Below, one piece after another: positions 42,141 to 54,734 of a stretch of DNA of 64,000 nucleotides. Below the pieces are notes generated by a model that searched no databases, had not been told where the DNA came from, and saw nothing but the letters and a program-made list of their open reading frames with translations. Position 1 is the first letter of the stretch; each line of letters begins with the position of its first letter. Where the stretch lies: the IMG/VR virus record IMGVR_UViG_3300001750_000005. One strand, written 5' to 3'. The stretch comes from a virus. Both the position numbers and the translations under genes were made by a program.

Positions 42141-44836
42141 GAGAGCAATTACTAGAAGCAGTCGTTAGAAGGGGTGAAGAAGATATAAAGGCTCTTCCTC
42201 CTGAAAGACGCTCTGGAGCAGTAAGATCGATTATCCAAAGATTATCTGAGAAAACTGATGATGAACTTATCTCATTAGTATCTACTGGTAAAAGGGATAT
42301 TGATCCTGAATTATTAGGTAAAATTGAAGAATTAAAACCAATGTTAGAAACTCAGGCAGTGAGAGACTCAATTGCCAGGGGAAAATTTTCAGGATTTCCA
42401 AAGCTTGAGGGTTTTGAGAATGAAGCAAAATTACAAAGCCTAGGGGTTGATACTAAAAGAGAACTTCCAGCCGGGAGTATTGAATTAGGATTTGGTGACG
42501 ACCCTGTAAAGGCGGTCTCAAGAGCATTAACTAAGCATTTCAAAAAACCAGTTATCTCTTTTAAAAGAGGGGAAGATATTCTATATCTAGACCCTACAGA
42601 TAATGTGCTTGTTAAAGCTAATCCTAATATCTTCGGCGCTGTTGGAAAAGCTCTTCCTATTGCTGGAGATATAGCCGGAACCATAGGAGGAGGAGCCGTA
42701 GGGGCAGTTCTGACTAAGCACCCTGCTGGTATGGTTGCTGGAGAGTCTCTAGGCTCTGGAGCGCTTACAGGTGGTGCAGAATACCTTAGATTGTACGTAG
42801 GTAAAGCCTTAGGGCTTCATGATCTAAGTCATAGCGATATGGCAATAAAAGCAGCAGAAAAGGGTGGAGATGCCGCTATTGCGACCTTAGCGACAGGAGG
42901 GTTAATTTCGGCTGCGAAAGGAGTTAATAACTTCCTTAAAGGAAGGATCTTCACCAAAGAAGCAGCATTACAACATGGGCTGACTACAAAAGAAGCTGAT
43001 GCCGTAATAGGGGAGGTCAATAAAATATTAGGCAAGAATGGAGTAAAAGGAACTTTATTTACGAGAACCGGTGATGTAGTAACTGGATCGTCTGAAGCTC
43101 AGGTAAGGAAGAATATTAAACATGCTTCTGATTTTATAGAAAGAGATCTTTCCGATCAAAAAGCATTAGTTAAATCACTTGATATCGTGACAAAGCCTGG
43201 GAAGGCAGAAGGTGGAAAAGCTATTCAAGATATAGCGGAGAAACAAATATCAAAACGTATCACGCAGGCAAAAAGCATTGTTTCAGATACAACTCAGAAG
43301 CTTGATGATAAGATATCCATATTAGGAAAAACTAATAAAGAGACAGTAGGAGAACCTACTAGAGAAGTTTTGCTGAGTCAGTCTAAAAAGGCTAAAAAGG
43401 GTGTTGAGGACGCTTGGCAATCAGTAAAAACTAAAGGTGGCTTTAATGAAAAGACTGAGTCTTTTGGTATAAAAATACCCTTAGGAAAGGAAACAGCAAG
43501 ACGTAGCGACATAATGTTACGCAGATCTAAAGATGCTGTAACAGATATCACAAAACGTCCAATAGTAAAAAAAGGGTCTCCTGATCTTGCAGACTATAAT
43601 CGTGAGATATCTGACTTAAAATCAGACCTTAGAGCAGCTAAGAAAAACAAACAGTTCGGAACTATCCAGACAAAAGACCTTGACGATGTCATTCACTCAT
43701 TAGAAGCTGATAGAAGAACCCATCTTGTCCAGATAGGAAGAGGCGATCTAATTGATGAAATAGAAAAGGCAGAAATTAAAACAGCAAAATTCCATGATGC
43801 ATTTAATAGAAGTATTGTAGGAAAATTAACAAAGAAGGATGAGACAGGAGTTTTTACGATACAAAGTAAGAAATTCGTAGATACAGTATTGAAGGGTGAT
43901 ACAGAGTCAGCAAAGCAGCTTCTTGATGTAATAGGGACAAAACCATCCTTAGTTAATATGTGGAAAGAAGGTATATCAAATGCATATAAGCGTGATGTAA
44001 TTGATAAAGTAAAGCCTTTTAAAGTAGGATCTAAGATTTCAAATGAACAGAGAAAAGAGGTAGTATCTAAAACTGAAAGTTGGATAAGCAAACATAGTGA
44101 TGTTTTAGGGCAATTCTTTACAAAGCAGGAACTTGGAAATATTAAGCAAACTGGCAATCTAGCTATGACTGTTAAAAAACAGATAGCTCAATATAACCAA
44201 ATTATAAACGGTGCTGCTAAGAAATTCGGAAGAGGAAAGCTAACATCTTTAGATCCAGAGAATCTTGTTAAATTCGTAACAGGTAAATCAGGAAGCTTTT
44301 CGTCTCCGACAGGAAGAGGTGTTGAAGCAACTATTAGTAAAATACGTTATGTGAAAAACATCACAAAAAATCATCCTGGAGCATGGGGTGAGTTTCAGAA
44401 AGAATATTCAACCTCTCTTAGAAAGACTGTTGTAGATCCAGATTCAGGGTTTATAAAACCAAAAGCAATAAGCGATTGGATAAATAGTCAGTCTGATGAA
44501 ATCACAGAAGTAATGGGACCAGAATATGCAAAGAATATTAGAAGCATTAATAAAGTCACTCAATTGCTGAAGGAAAAACCAATTTCTTTAGGTGGCGATG
44601 AAACAAGGGCTGGAATAATACAGGCAATAAGGAGCGGTGCTGCTCCTCCACTTACTAGAAGAGGTAGAGCTTTCACGGCTGCTGTTATCTTCGATAATAA
44701 GCGCGCTCATGATGTTATAGCTAAAGCTTTATTAGACCCTACAACAATGAAGAAAGTAGCTAAATTAGCAGAACATAAAACATTAAATAGAGAAGCTATT
44801 GAGCTTGCTGTTTCACTAGGAATTATAACGGAGTAA
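42137..44836 (+). CDS. Large ejection protein (copy of 1372-4071)
   Basis: Identical translation. Confidence 0.65.
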   Translation: MREQLLEAVVRRGEEDIKALPPERRSGAVRSIIQRLSEKTDDELISLVSTGKRDIDPELLGKIEELKPMLETQAVRDSIARGKFSGFPKLEGFENEAKLQSLGVDTKRELPAGSIELGFGDDPVKAVSRALTKHFKKPVISFKRGEDILYLDPTDNVLVKANPNIFGAVGKALPIAGDIAGTIGGGAVGAVLTKHPAGMVAGESLGSGALTGGAEYLRLYVGKALGLHDLSHSDMAIKAAEKGGDAAIATLATGGLISAAKGVNNFLKGRIFTKEAALQHGLTTKEADAVIGEVNKILGKNGVKGTLFTRTGDVVTGSSEAQVRKNIKHASDFIERDLSDQKALVKSLDIVTKPGKAEGGKAIQDIAEKQISKRITQAKSIVSDTTQKLDDKISILGKTNKETVGEPTREVLLSQSKKAKKGVEDAWQSVKTKGGFNEKTESFGIKIPLGKETARRSDIMLRRSKDAVTDITKRPIVKKGSPDLADYNREISDLKSDLRAAKKNKQFGTIQTKDLDDVIHSLEADRRTHLVQIGRGDLIDEIEKAEIKTAKFHDAFNRSIVGKLTKKDETGVFTIQSKKFVDTVLKGDTESAKQLLDVIGTKPSLVNMWKEGISNAYKRDVIDKVKPFKVGSKISNEQRKEVVSKTESWISKHSDVLGQFFTKQELGNIKQTGNLAMTVKKQIAQYNQIINGAAKKFGRGKLTSLDPENLVKFVTGKSGSFSSPTGRGVEATISKIRYVKNITKNHPGAWGEFQKEYSTSLRKTVVDPDSGFIKPKAISDWINSQSDEITEVMGPEYAKNIRSINKVTQLLKEKPISLGGDETRAGIIQAIRSGAAPPLTRRGRAFTAAVIFDNKRAHDVIAKALLDPTTMKKVAKLAEHKTLNREAIELAVSLGIITE

Positions 44837-44838
44837 TA

Positions 44839-45840
44839 ATGGCCTACTTACCTATATCAAGAAACCTTATCCAGTATGTTGATGGTTCTGGAGTTCCGTA
44901 CAGTGGTGCTGTTTTAAAGGCTTACAAAGCCGGCACAGCGACAAATCTGCCTATGGCTACAAGCACAGCCGGAACCACAACTGCTACCTCAATAGAATTA
45001 AATTCATCAGGATATCCTGAGATAAACAGTAATATCGTACTACCTTATATTAATGAGGACTTCAAACTAGCTCTATACCCAACACAGTCCGCAGCAGATT
45101 CTAATACAGGCGCTGTATGGGTAACTGACAATGTCCCTTTCACTGACTTAGGAACTGACTTTGCAGCTACTGAAACGGGTACTGGAGACGCTTATGAGAT
45201 CGCTGTGATACTAGTCCCGCCTACCTACACAGCAGGACAAGAACTGTCTTTTGTCGCCTCAGAGGCTAATACAGGAGCATGTTCTTTAAATGTAAATGCA
45301 TTGGGCGCAAAGTCTATAAAACTGGCAGATGGAACAGACCCTTACAATAATGCAATTGTAGCCAATATGATTGTTTACGTTAAATACGATGGTACTAACT
45401 ATCAGTTAATGAATCCACGTGTGTCATATATAAAACCATCATTTAGCGTTCATAAAAATGGAGTAAGTCAAACATCCGTTGGAACATCGTTAGAAATAAT
45501 AACATGGTCAACTGAAGAGTTTGACACAAATAATAATTTTGCAAGTAATAGATTTACGCCTACTGTAGCAGGTAAGTATTTATTATCAGCCTCTTTATAT
45601 TTTTCTGTAAATTTATTAGGTGATAGTCTTGATGTGGCAATTTATAAAAATGGAGCTCTTTATAAAAGAAGATTATTTACAACCTCGAATGCTAATTCAA
45701 AACTGATGACGGTAACGGCGATTGCTGATGCTAATGGAACATCTGATTATTTTGAAATATTCGGTGCTAATATAACTTCAGCCGATACCGTTCAAGGCGC
45801 CGCCACTAATACTTACTGGAGTGGATGTAAGGTAGATTAA
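44839..45840 (+). CDS. C1q-like tail fibre (copy of 4074-5075)
   Basis: Identical translation. Confidence 0.7.
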   Translation: MAYLPISRNLIQYVDGSGVPYSGAVLKAYKAGTATNLPMATSTAGTTTATSIELNSSGYPEINSNIVLPYINEDFKLALYPTQSAADSNTGAVWVTDNVPFTDLGTDFAATETGTGDAYEIAVILVPPTYTAGQELSFVASEANTGACSLNVNALGAKSIKLADGTDPYNNAIVANMIVYVKYDGTNYQLMNPRVSYIKPSFSVHKNGVSQTSVGTSLEIITWSTEEFDTNNNFASNRFTPTVAGKYLLSASLYFSVNLLGDSLDVAIYKNGALYKRRLFTTSNANSKLMTVTAIADANGTSDYFEIFGANITSADTVQGAATNTYWSGCKVD

Positions 45841-45985
45841 AATTTACAACCAAGATAAATCATCTTAAATTCCATTCCCCAGTTTTTCCCTTTGGTATTC
45901 CAAAGTATTTAATATATTTATACAATAAAAACATGATCTTCATCACACTTAACATTTAAAAACGCAACTATACTAAGGATTATAT

Positions 45986-46360
45986 ATGTCTCAACAAGGT
46001 GAAGAGATGAACGGACGCAGAGAGATAGATAAGGATACGCCTAGAAAGAATCTAGCGTTATATGCAACGATATCAATACAAGCTCTGGCTTTAGCTGTTA
46101 CGTTTGGATATAAAGCTAACGACATTGATAAAATATTGGAGAACGATAGACGGCAAGATATGGAAATAAAGGCTGTCGTTACTATTATTGCAGAAAAACA
46201 TTATGACAAAACAGAACTTGATAGGTTTGTTATTAATCCATTTAAAGATGAAATGAAGGAACTACAAGGAGCTATACGAGAAGTAGGGAAAAGTGTAAAT
46301 CAGATACGAAACACTCAATATAAGTTTATTTCAGAATATCATATAAAAGCACGACAATGA
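45986..46360 (+). CDS. Membrane protein (copy of 5221-5595)
   Basis: Identical translation. Confidence 0.45.
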   Translation: MSQQGEEMNGRREIDKDTPRKNLALYATISIQALALAVTFGYKANDIDKILENDRRQDMEIKAVVTIIAEKHYDKTELDRFVINPFKDEMKELQGAIREVGKSVNQIRNTQYKFISEYHIKARQ

Positions 46361-47632
46361 CAGACCAGACATTTAGATTCACTCTACTTTTATACCTTTT
46401 TTGGTATAGCGCCTTCCAGGGATAATATCCACGATTTCCCATTCTACTTTCATAATTACTCCTTTTTATTAATCAGTTAACAATTTTAACCTTTTCTCCA
46501 ACAATTCAATTTTACCTTTCAGTACTATTACTAACTCATTATCCGAATCGCCAGAGTCAATATATTCTTTTAACGCTTCATAGTCAGTTATTAAATCGTT
46601 GATAATAGAATCAAAATCCTCTGCATTTTCAGACAATCTTTTCCTGTAATCACTCATTAATTTAACCTCATCTTTATCTATTTGCGCATTCATAAAATCA
46701 AAGAATCCTGGTGTTCTATTGCAAGATTTTAATTCATTCCTCATCACTCCTCCCTAATTGCCTTAGCTATAATTCCGGATAATTCATAATCACTTGCATC
46801 ACAAACAAAAACGCCATGGCATATATTCTCTGCTATCTCCGCATCTTTCTCCTGCTGCTCCAGTCTTGCCTGTTCTATTAATGCGTTCACATAGTCAATT
46901 TCATTATTATGTTTAACTGCATTTTTTATATTCACGTTATCACTCCAAACCTTAAATAAATACGCTTTTACTTCCTTCTCTCTCTGACCTCTATGCACCC
47001 ATCCTATCCCCCAGCCAAGAAAGAGACCTAGTGAGAAGATAAGGATGTAGATCATTGATGTAATGAATTAGCAAGCTTGCTTGCAATTGTATATGCGTCT
47101 TCTATATACCTTATCTCGCTTATATCCTCAACTTCTAAATTAAGAATTATTTCATTAACTTCCGATACTATTAGATCAATAAACTCATTTAGCTCATCTT
47201 CGAAGCCATCAGGACACATATCAGTAATTTCTTTCCTTTTATCGCCTTTCATATTACCTCCTAGTGAAAAAATTAATATACAGATCATTCAATGTCATCT
47301 ACTTTCATAGGAAAGCTAACAGTTTTATGAAACATAATAACAAGTTCGACAGCAATCATAACGTCATCAATTCCGGCTATTTTCCTAGCCTCTCCTATGT
47401 TCTTTCCGTCTTTTGTCATAGCTGCCCAGAATATTTTTTTTACCGATAACGGTAAGTTCTCTGCTTTTTCGCGTGTTTCTGCCCGTCTTTGTGCTGCTGT
47501 TTTAGGTGTCTCAACCACTAGATCTTTCCGTAAGCTTGATATTTTCATTTCTTCTCCTTAGCGCTATAAATCATAAAGATATGCAGTAGCTATTATTTTA
47601 GAATCTTCATCTCTTCTCATTAGCACGCGTAT

Positions 47633-47923
47633 TTAAAACGGTATCGGATCATTGAAATCATTTGTATCTGGTGCAACATTTGCCGCTTGCTGTTGTTGAT
47701 CCATCGGTTTTAATGATATAGAAATAAATGGTTTATTACTGTCATACCTGGAGAGGATTTCAGACAGTAAGCGTTTATCGCTATCTGAAATGTCTTTAGA
47801 GAACCAAGCTGACGCCCAGAATCCTTTGTTTGTCTCACCTTTTCCGGTTAGATGCGGATGAGACTGTTCTTTACGGTCTTTGTTTTTCCATAATGCGAAC
47901 CTATTACTATTGTCATAACTCAT
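47633..47923 (-). CDS. SSB-like protein (copy)
   Basis: Identical translation. Confidence 0.7.
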   Translation of the reverse strand: MSYDNSNRFALWKNKDRKEQSHPHLTGKGETNKGFWASAWFSKDISDSDKRLLSEILSRYDSNKPFISISLKPMDQQQQAANVAPDTNDFNDPIPF

Positions 47924-48537
47924 GATTTTTGCTCCATTAACTTAGTCATTGATGTTCTCTGCTGGGAATTAAACATTCCCCATAATACAATCTTTTCCTC
48001 ATTCCCAAATTCGTTCCAAATCTCCAATAAGCCCATAGCGTCCCCTTTAGACAGACAAGATAAGCTTTGATCAAATACATCTTTTTTGATCTGGTTGGAC
48101 ATTTTAATTACAGGATTAGGTGTTGCCCAATCAGGTAAACTGGGCGGAGTCTCGATTACATAGCTTCTTCCTTTCTGCTTGATTGGAACCCATACATTTG
48201 GTAAGTCATAGAGATATTGTCCTATTCCCCACAAAACAGCAGCCCTTTTGAAGGAATCAGAATACTGGCCTTTCTCGGCCTCGTAATCAGTTACCCCAGC
48301 CCCGTTAGCCTTCCATATCCATTCTGATTCAACCTTAATCCCTACCTCACAGCAGCCTGTAAAAGGATAACGACACTGCCAGTTCTCAGGCCCGCAGACC
48401 TCATCTAAGCGCCCCATTACGTCCCTTGCATCAATATATGCTAAAGCAATCCCTTTGCTCTTATCGCTTGTCGTTGCCCCTACACGCCACCTGATAGAAT
48501 TAACAGGAAAGGGTTTTTTCAATTGCACTAGATCCAT
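47920..48537 (-). CDS. Rad52-family annealase (copy)
   Basis: Identical translation. Confidence 0.9.
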   Translation of the reverse strand: MDLVQLKKPFPVNSIRWRVGATTSDKSKGIALAYIDARDVMGRLDEVCGPENWQCRYPFTGCCEVGIKVESEWIWKANGAGVTDYEAEKGQYSDSFKRAAVLWGIGQYLYDLPNVWVPIKQKGRSYVIETPPSLPDWATPNPVIKMSNQIKKDVFDQSLSCLSKGDAMGLLEIWNEFGNEEKIVLWGMFNSQQRTSMTKLMEQKS

Positions 48538-48994
48538 TGTTTTCTCCTAGTTTTAGGTTTAACCAATTTACGAAATCATTCATTAAAGGAATGAACTCAT
48601 TATAATTAATCTTAGTTGATGGATAAACATACATAAAAGCGCTAAATAGCTCTTTTTGATTATACTCATCTACATCAACCTCCTCCATGCCCCATCGCCC
48701 TCTGTTTTTCTTGAGCATATCCTGAGTATTGTCTTTATGCGTTCCTAAGAACAAGTGATCAGGATTTACACAAAAAGGCACATCACATCGGTGACAAACA
48801 CACAATCCTTCTGGTATTTCGCCAACGTGTAATTCATACGATACCCTATGTGCCGCTAATGTCTTATAGTTTACTGTTAAATGGCCATACTTTCCACTGA
48901 CCAAATAATCAGTCCACAACCAGCAACCTGACTCCGTTACTGGAGTCCATTTTTCATTGAATCTATCTATCAATGGCCTAATTTTAGGCACCAT
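48500..48994 (-). CDS. HNH endonuclease (copy)
   Basis: Identical translation. Confidence 0.9.
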   Translation of the reverse strand: MVPKIRPLIDRFNEKWTPVTESGCWLWTDYLVSGKYGHLTVNYKTLAAHRVSYELHVGEIPEGLCVCHRCDVPFCVNPDHLFLGTHKDNTQDMLKKNRGRWGMEEVDVDEYNQKELFSAFMYVYPSTKINYNEFIPLMNDFVNWLNLKLGENNGSSAIEKTLSC

Positions 48995-51215
48995 ACTTTC
49001 CTCCCAAGTCCTTTAAACAGGCCCAGGCTTCCCATTTAAGACGCTCATTCATTACTTAATTCCAGCGTACCGGTAAAGTTTTCAAAATTGTCCATATCCC
49101 AATAATCTGATTGTTTGCCTATTGTATGACGTCCTTTACCATGAACGACAAAACCTATTCCTTTAGCATGAACGACAAAACCTATCTTGTTGTCTGTAAA
49201 TAAAACCACTGATCCGCTTAAAAAGCCATCTTTGATCTGCATTAGTTTAGGGTATTTATCTTTCTCTTTTTCAATTAATATACTTTTCATTGTTTGTCCT
49301 CGCATCAATGGCTTGTTCGATTTCGTAAATTAAGATCGGATTTGTGATTTTTTGATCATCTATGTAATACTCGATTTCGTCAGTCTGACGAATCTCAATT
49401 GATGAACCATCTGCAAATTGTATGCTATTCATTATCTACTCCTTCAATAGCTAGTTCTTCACAGTAATCAGAAAATAAAATGTACATTCCGCTACCAACT
49501 GTAACATCATCATCTTTTTGCATAGATTCATGTATGCTTTCAAGAAGGTTGGAAGTTTCTTCGTTTATCTCAATATTCTGAATAAATTCGATAAAAGTCC
49601 CAGAATCTTCAAAATATTCCTTCCATTTCTGAGTAATCAATTCATTTCGTTTCTCTGATTCCATTTCCTTAGTCTCTCTCTGTCTATCCATTATCTCATC
49701 ATAATGAGGTAGTATTCCTATTGCATCAATTATGTTCATTTTTTAACCCTTTCACATTACCATAATAACCATGTGCTTTTTCAAGCTCTTGCTCCATTGC
49801 TTTTATGACATTTTCTCTTAAATTATTACCTTCAGTATGAACGATATATCCTTTCTTATTAAAATATTCAAGATAAGGAATTCCTTTATTATCGTGATGA
49901 AGTCCAATGGCTTTTTTTTCTATCCAATTCAATATCTCTGAATTTTTCTGTGACTCTTCTACTTGATAACCTATTTTATCAAGAATATCCTGAAAAGTAT
50001 CACCATGCCCGTAAGCAAATCCATACTTACTTGCCCATATGATCAATCTTTCTGTATCGTTCATAATAGTGTCACCCTGTTTTTTGGGAACAAAACTACC
50101 GAAAATATAGGGAAATCCATTATCTCATCCCACTTGACCTTCTCTCCGTTTATTACTAAAGCTTGGTTCTTGATCCATCGTTTTAGCTCTGAGTTACTAG
50201 CCTTCCCTGATCGCTCACGGCTCATAAAATGGCAAACTTTATTTAGGTTCATCAATAATTCCCATGCATTCATACCTACTCCATAATCCTTTCTTGCAAG
50301 AGATTTCATATCTTCCGTCAACTTCTTTGCATTCAGTGTTTTGACTTCTCTAACAACTCTTTGATTACTTTCAATTCTTTTTTTCTTTCTGTCTTTCCGC
50401 AAATATGCACTCCTTCGCAGTCGCACAAATCTTCTTCTAGCCAAAATTCCATCCATTTCCCTGTTAATTCAAGCGCTTCTACCAATTCAGGAAATAGATT
50501 ACACATTTTAACTATTGTATTTAAATTATCTTTTGAAAAAACAACAGCAATAGTATCTATATCTGAATCGTATATTTTATCATTTAATTCATCCTTTAAT
50601 AAAGGTAACTTCATATTCTTCTCCTATAGTTGAGTGTCAGTGTTTTTCTCGAAGACATTCATTGTTTTGCCCTGGTTAGTAATTCTTTAGCCTTTTTTTG
50701 TGCGCTCATTAAATAACCATTAGATATTAATTCTGATATTTCCACTAACTCAGGAAATAGATTACATGCTTTAACGATGTATTCTGCATAATCTTTAGAG
50801 ACGCATTTTATTTCACCTGTTAATATTGGCCGACCGCTATGATACAAACAAGGTGACTCTTGTTCAGGATCGTAATCCCAAACATTCCCATCCCATATCC
50901 AATTATTCATATCTCCTCCTATAGTTAGATGGATGGAGATTATCGCGTGACACCCCCTCTCGCCTTGTCGCCTTGTCGCCTTGTCGCCGTTCAGCACTAT
51001 TAACAATCTAGCCGCTTTTCAGTGCCCCTACTTTACGGCAATCATTAACTTCCGGGTGGCAAGCCGTTTTCAGCCTCATCGTCAGCACGACAAACTGGAT
51101 TCCGCAATATTTGGATGCCTCCTACTAATTACTTTCCCCAGCAGAGGATGCCACTCGATAATCACCATCCACAGTTCTAATGTATACCATCTGGTATTAA
51201 ATGTCCAGCACTATT

Positions 51216-51431
51216 TCAGGATACTTCAATTTCTATCCAGTCTGTGCCATCCCATAATTCTATATACCCATAATTAGAATAGTCAGGCATTAGATATGTA
51301 TTGTGAAGCATTAAAGTGTAATCAGCTATTGCATCGACGACAGCTTTTGCAGTTTCTAAAGAATCATATCTTTTATCAAAATCATTGACCTTCATTTTTT
51401 CAAGGGCTGGATTAAATATTACCCTGTACAT
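51216..51431 (-). CDS. P22 gp17-like protein (copy)
   Basis: Identical translation. Confidence 0.5.
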   Translation of the reverse strand: MYRVIFNPALEKMKVNDFDKRYDSLETAKAVVDAIADYTLMLHNTYLMPDYSNYGYIELWDGTDWIEIEVS

Positions 51432-51497
51432 AATTCCTCCTTTACATTTAATACCAGATGGTATACTATACTCCTTAATGAAGGAAAAGGAAAGTCA

Positions 51498-51701
51498 ATG
51501 TTACAAAAAATGATTGAGGATTTAACTGGCTGGTTGACTGAACAAGAAATAGCCGATGCTGTCGGAGTAAAACAGCCAACAGTCAACAGATGGAAAACCG
51601 GAGACAGGAAGACCACCAATCATTTGATTTATCCTAAGGTAGAAGCATTATGGAAAACAGAGAAGAAGAAATCAGAGAAGCGACGATCAAGGCTATCATA
51701 G
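51498..51701 (+). CDS. Cro-like HTH (copy)
   Basis: Identical translation. Confidence 0.85.
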   Translation: MLQKMIEDLTGWLTEQEIADAVGVKQPTVNRWKTGDRKTTNHLIYPKVEALWKTEKKKSEKRRSRLS

Positions 51702-52958
51702 GCCGTATGGCTATCTGTGAAGGTTACGATGCTCAAACACGTCTTGAAATCATTAAGGAATTACGGGAATTATTGGAGGAGACGGTATGATAGCAGAAAT
51801 GCTAGAAACAATTGTAAAAAATGGCGAATATGTAAAAGAACTAGAGCAAAAACTAGAGAAGTGTAAAGAGGTTTTAGAAAGAAATAAATTAGCCTTAGAT
51901 GATTGGCTAAACACTTTTGCTTCAGAGTATTGTGATCCTGATCGAGTAGCGCAAGCTAAATCCAGAATAATGCAATATGGGACGGTTGGTTATATTGCTG
52001 AAATTCAGCAAGAAAACCGCGCCCTATTAAAAGAAATAGCAGATAAGCTTGATGAACTTAATGGAGAGGACAAATGAAAGAGATAGAGTTTGAAGACATG
52101 CTTGGATACGGCTTAGATGGGAAGCCTGTCCATACAAACAACAAAGCTCTGTTTATAGCAACGGCACATAACGTTGCTATTGCCATTAATAAAATTAACG
52201 AAATAGTTAGTTATCTACAGGAGCAAGAAAAAGAAAAGATAAAAGGAGAGAAAAATGAAGTACGTAAAAACAGAAACAGAAGAATATATGGATACCGAAG
52301 ATAATGATCTTTATGATCAACCAATAATAGTGAGGAATGTTAAAGGGTATAAAGGTTGTGATATAGAGATAGAGGCCGCGGTCCTGACATGGGACCAATT
52401 AGATCTATTAAAAGCTGCAATATCAATAGCAGAAAATAGATGGAGAAAATATGAGAAAAGAATGTAGGATGAGTGGAAGAAGCAATTCTCACTAGAAAAT
52501 ACGCATAAACCCTTAGGAGAACAGAATGAGACTAAATGTTAATAATCTAATATATACTTTAAAGAATATTAGGCATATTCCAGAATATGCTGAAGAGGTT
52601 ATTAGATTACCTATCCGTCCAGTGAAGGCTTTACAACCAATACAGGAAGATAATATAAATTATTCAGCGACATTTAAGACAATAGAAATTGTTGCTGTTC
52701 GGTACTGTGTTACACAAAGTGATTGCTGGTTAGAGTGGGAAGTTCAATGCTAATATATAAAGTATGTAAGGTTATAGAGTCTTGTGAGACTTTAGATCAA
52801 CTCGAAGTAGCAGAGGAATATTTGAAGCGAGTTAAATATTATTTAACTCAGTATGAGCGAGAGGCAACAAGGCTTGTTTTTGAGATAAAAGAGAACGAAC
52901 TGGAGGATGAGTAAATTATGAACACAATACAAATTACAGATAAATACTGGGTTTTGTA

Positions 52959-53303
52959 ATGCAATACAAACGCAGACATCATCCTACTTCAGGATCAACA
53001 AAATGGAGTATTAGAAGAAAATCAGCAGGTGACGGAGGTTTTTTAGATTGCCCATATTGCGAAAATGTTTTGCATTATATTAATGGTGAGATAGATCACA
53101 TAGACCCTTGGGAAAAATCTTTTAATAACAGGAAAAATAACATGGTATTAGTATGTAAAGAATGCAATACAAAGAAAAATCGTAAAAGTTTATTGCAATG
53201 GTTAATAGAAGAAAAGATAGCGCCAGAAAGTGTTTACAATAGGCTTAAAAAGCTCAAGAAAAAGATTCCACAAGATATGCTAGATTATCTTGGATATGAA
53301 TAA
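52959..53303 (+). CDS. HNH endonuclease (copy)
   Basis: Identical translation. Confidence 0.88.
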   Translation: MQYKRRHHPTSGSTKWSIRRKSAGDGGFLDCPYCENVLHYINGEIDHIDPWEKSFNNRKNNMVLVCKECNTKKNRKSLLQWLIEEKIAPESVYNRLKKLKKKIPQDMLDYLGYE

Positions 53304-53367
53304 AGATGCCTCAGAACGAGCCGCAAATGGCTTAGAATTGAATATTAGTAAAAGCTAACAGGAGAGA

Positions 53368-53658
53368 GTGATGAGAAATAATTTAAAGAAATTTAGAAAT
53401 GAAGTCAATATAACATTACAAGAGTTTGCTGATATGTACGGCGGCACTAAAGCAAATTGTTGGAATTTAGAAGAAAACAGATCGAACCCAACCTTATTGA
53501 CCGCCTATGCAATAGCAAAAATTTTAAATAAAACTGTTTATGAAATATGGCCTGATGAAACAGAAGTAATAGAAGAAACAACTATTGTAAGGCGGATAAA
53601 GAAAGGGACCCCGAAAGGTCCCTCAGAGACTAGACCAAAAGGAGGAAATGGTCTATAG
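53368..53658 (+). CDS. XRE HTH regulator (copy)
   Basis: Identical translation. Confidence 0.85.
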   Translation: MMRNNLKKFRNEVNITLQEFADMYGGTKANCWNLEENRSNPTLLTAYAIAKILNKTVYEIWPDETEVIEETTIVRRIKKGTPKGPSETRPKGGNGL

Positions 53659-54410
53659 TAGGTATGCGAACACCTGAATTGATATTAGACCATTCAGTCA
53701 ACAAATTCAAGTATTCGCCGCTCTTTAACAGGATTTGGCGCGTTAACCAGAATCCTTACACTTAAAGTCCTTAGTTTAAAGGAGGTTTATATGGGTTGGC
53801 CATGTGATTTATCTGTAGATGACTACTGTAATGATCCAAGGTGTCGCGGTGGACGCGAATGTCAAGCCTGGTTATGCGCCCCTAATGACTATCAAGGCAA
53901 CCAAGAGACGGAAACCAAGAACTTGGGAACCCCTCATGACGATACACCCCACGGTCATGGTGGACGACGCCAGAGTGTTACTGAGCGTCAAAAGTAGCGG
54001 GTTTATATAGGTGGAATGCAATGGCAACCATTGAAGAAATTATCAAAAAAGTCAATAACGGGGAGATTGTGAAATTCTCTCGTAAGTATTGGCCTAATTT
54101 TCAAGATTACTTAAATTTCATGGTATTAATTTTAAATGCAAGATGGTAATTGATGATGATAATATTCTTCTTGGCCCGGAGCAGATACAAGGCCCAAAGC
54201 AAATACGTTAACAGGGGTAAAAATAAACCCAAGCTCTCCGTAGCCGGAACTTGGTCCCGTGATGCTCGAGAGAGTTGGTAACGCCTTAAAGGATTAAGGT
54301 TCTCGAAAGAGAGGGGGAAGATGAGTACCATGTCGAAAGACATTGCCAGACAGGCGGCGGGATCTGAGGTGGATCACGGGGGAAAAGTTACAGTTATGTC
54401 TGGAGGAAAT

Positions 54411-54734
54411 ATGTACATATATGTTCTAAGGAAAAAGGCTAATTCAAATGCTCCGATCAAGATTGGCAAGGCAAAAGATCCAGTAAAGAGATTAAAGGGT
54501 CTACAAACCGGAAATCCAGAAAAACTAAGGATTATCCATTTAGTGAAATGTCGTAGCGAAATGCACTCTCGGTCTATTGAGCAGGAACTTCATAGCAGGC
54601 TGAAGAAATATAAAATGACTGGAGAATGGTACAAGTCTGGCGCCTTGGGTAAGTTTAGAGAAATATTGGATTCGATGAATTATTTTGATCGAAAAAGGTA
54701 TGAGCCAGCAACGAAAGGTTGTTGGACTTTATGA
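54411..54734 (+). CDS. GIY-YIG nuclease (copy)
   Basis: Identical translation. Confidence 0.85.
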   Translation: MYIYVLRKKANSNAPIKIGKAKDPVKRLKGLQTGNPEKLRIIHLVKCRSEMHSRSIEQELHSRLKKYKMTGEWYKSGALGKFREILDSMNYFDRKRYEPATKGCWTL

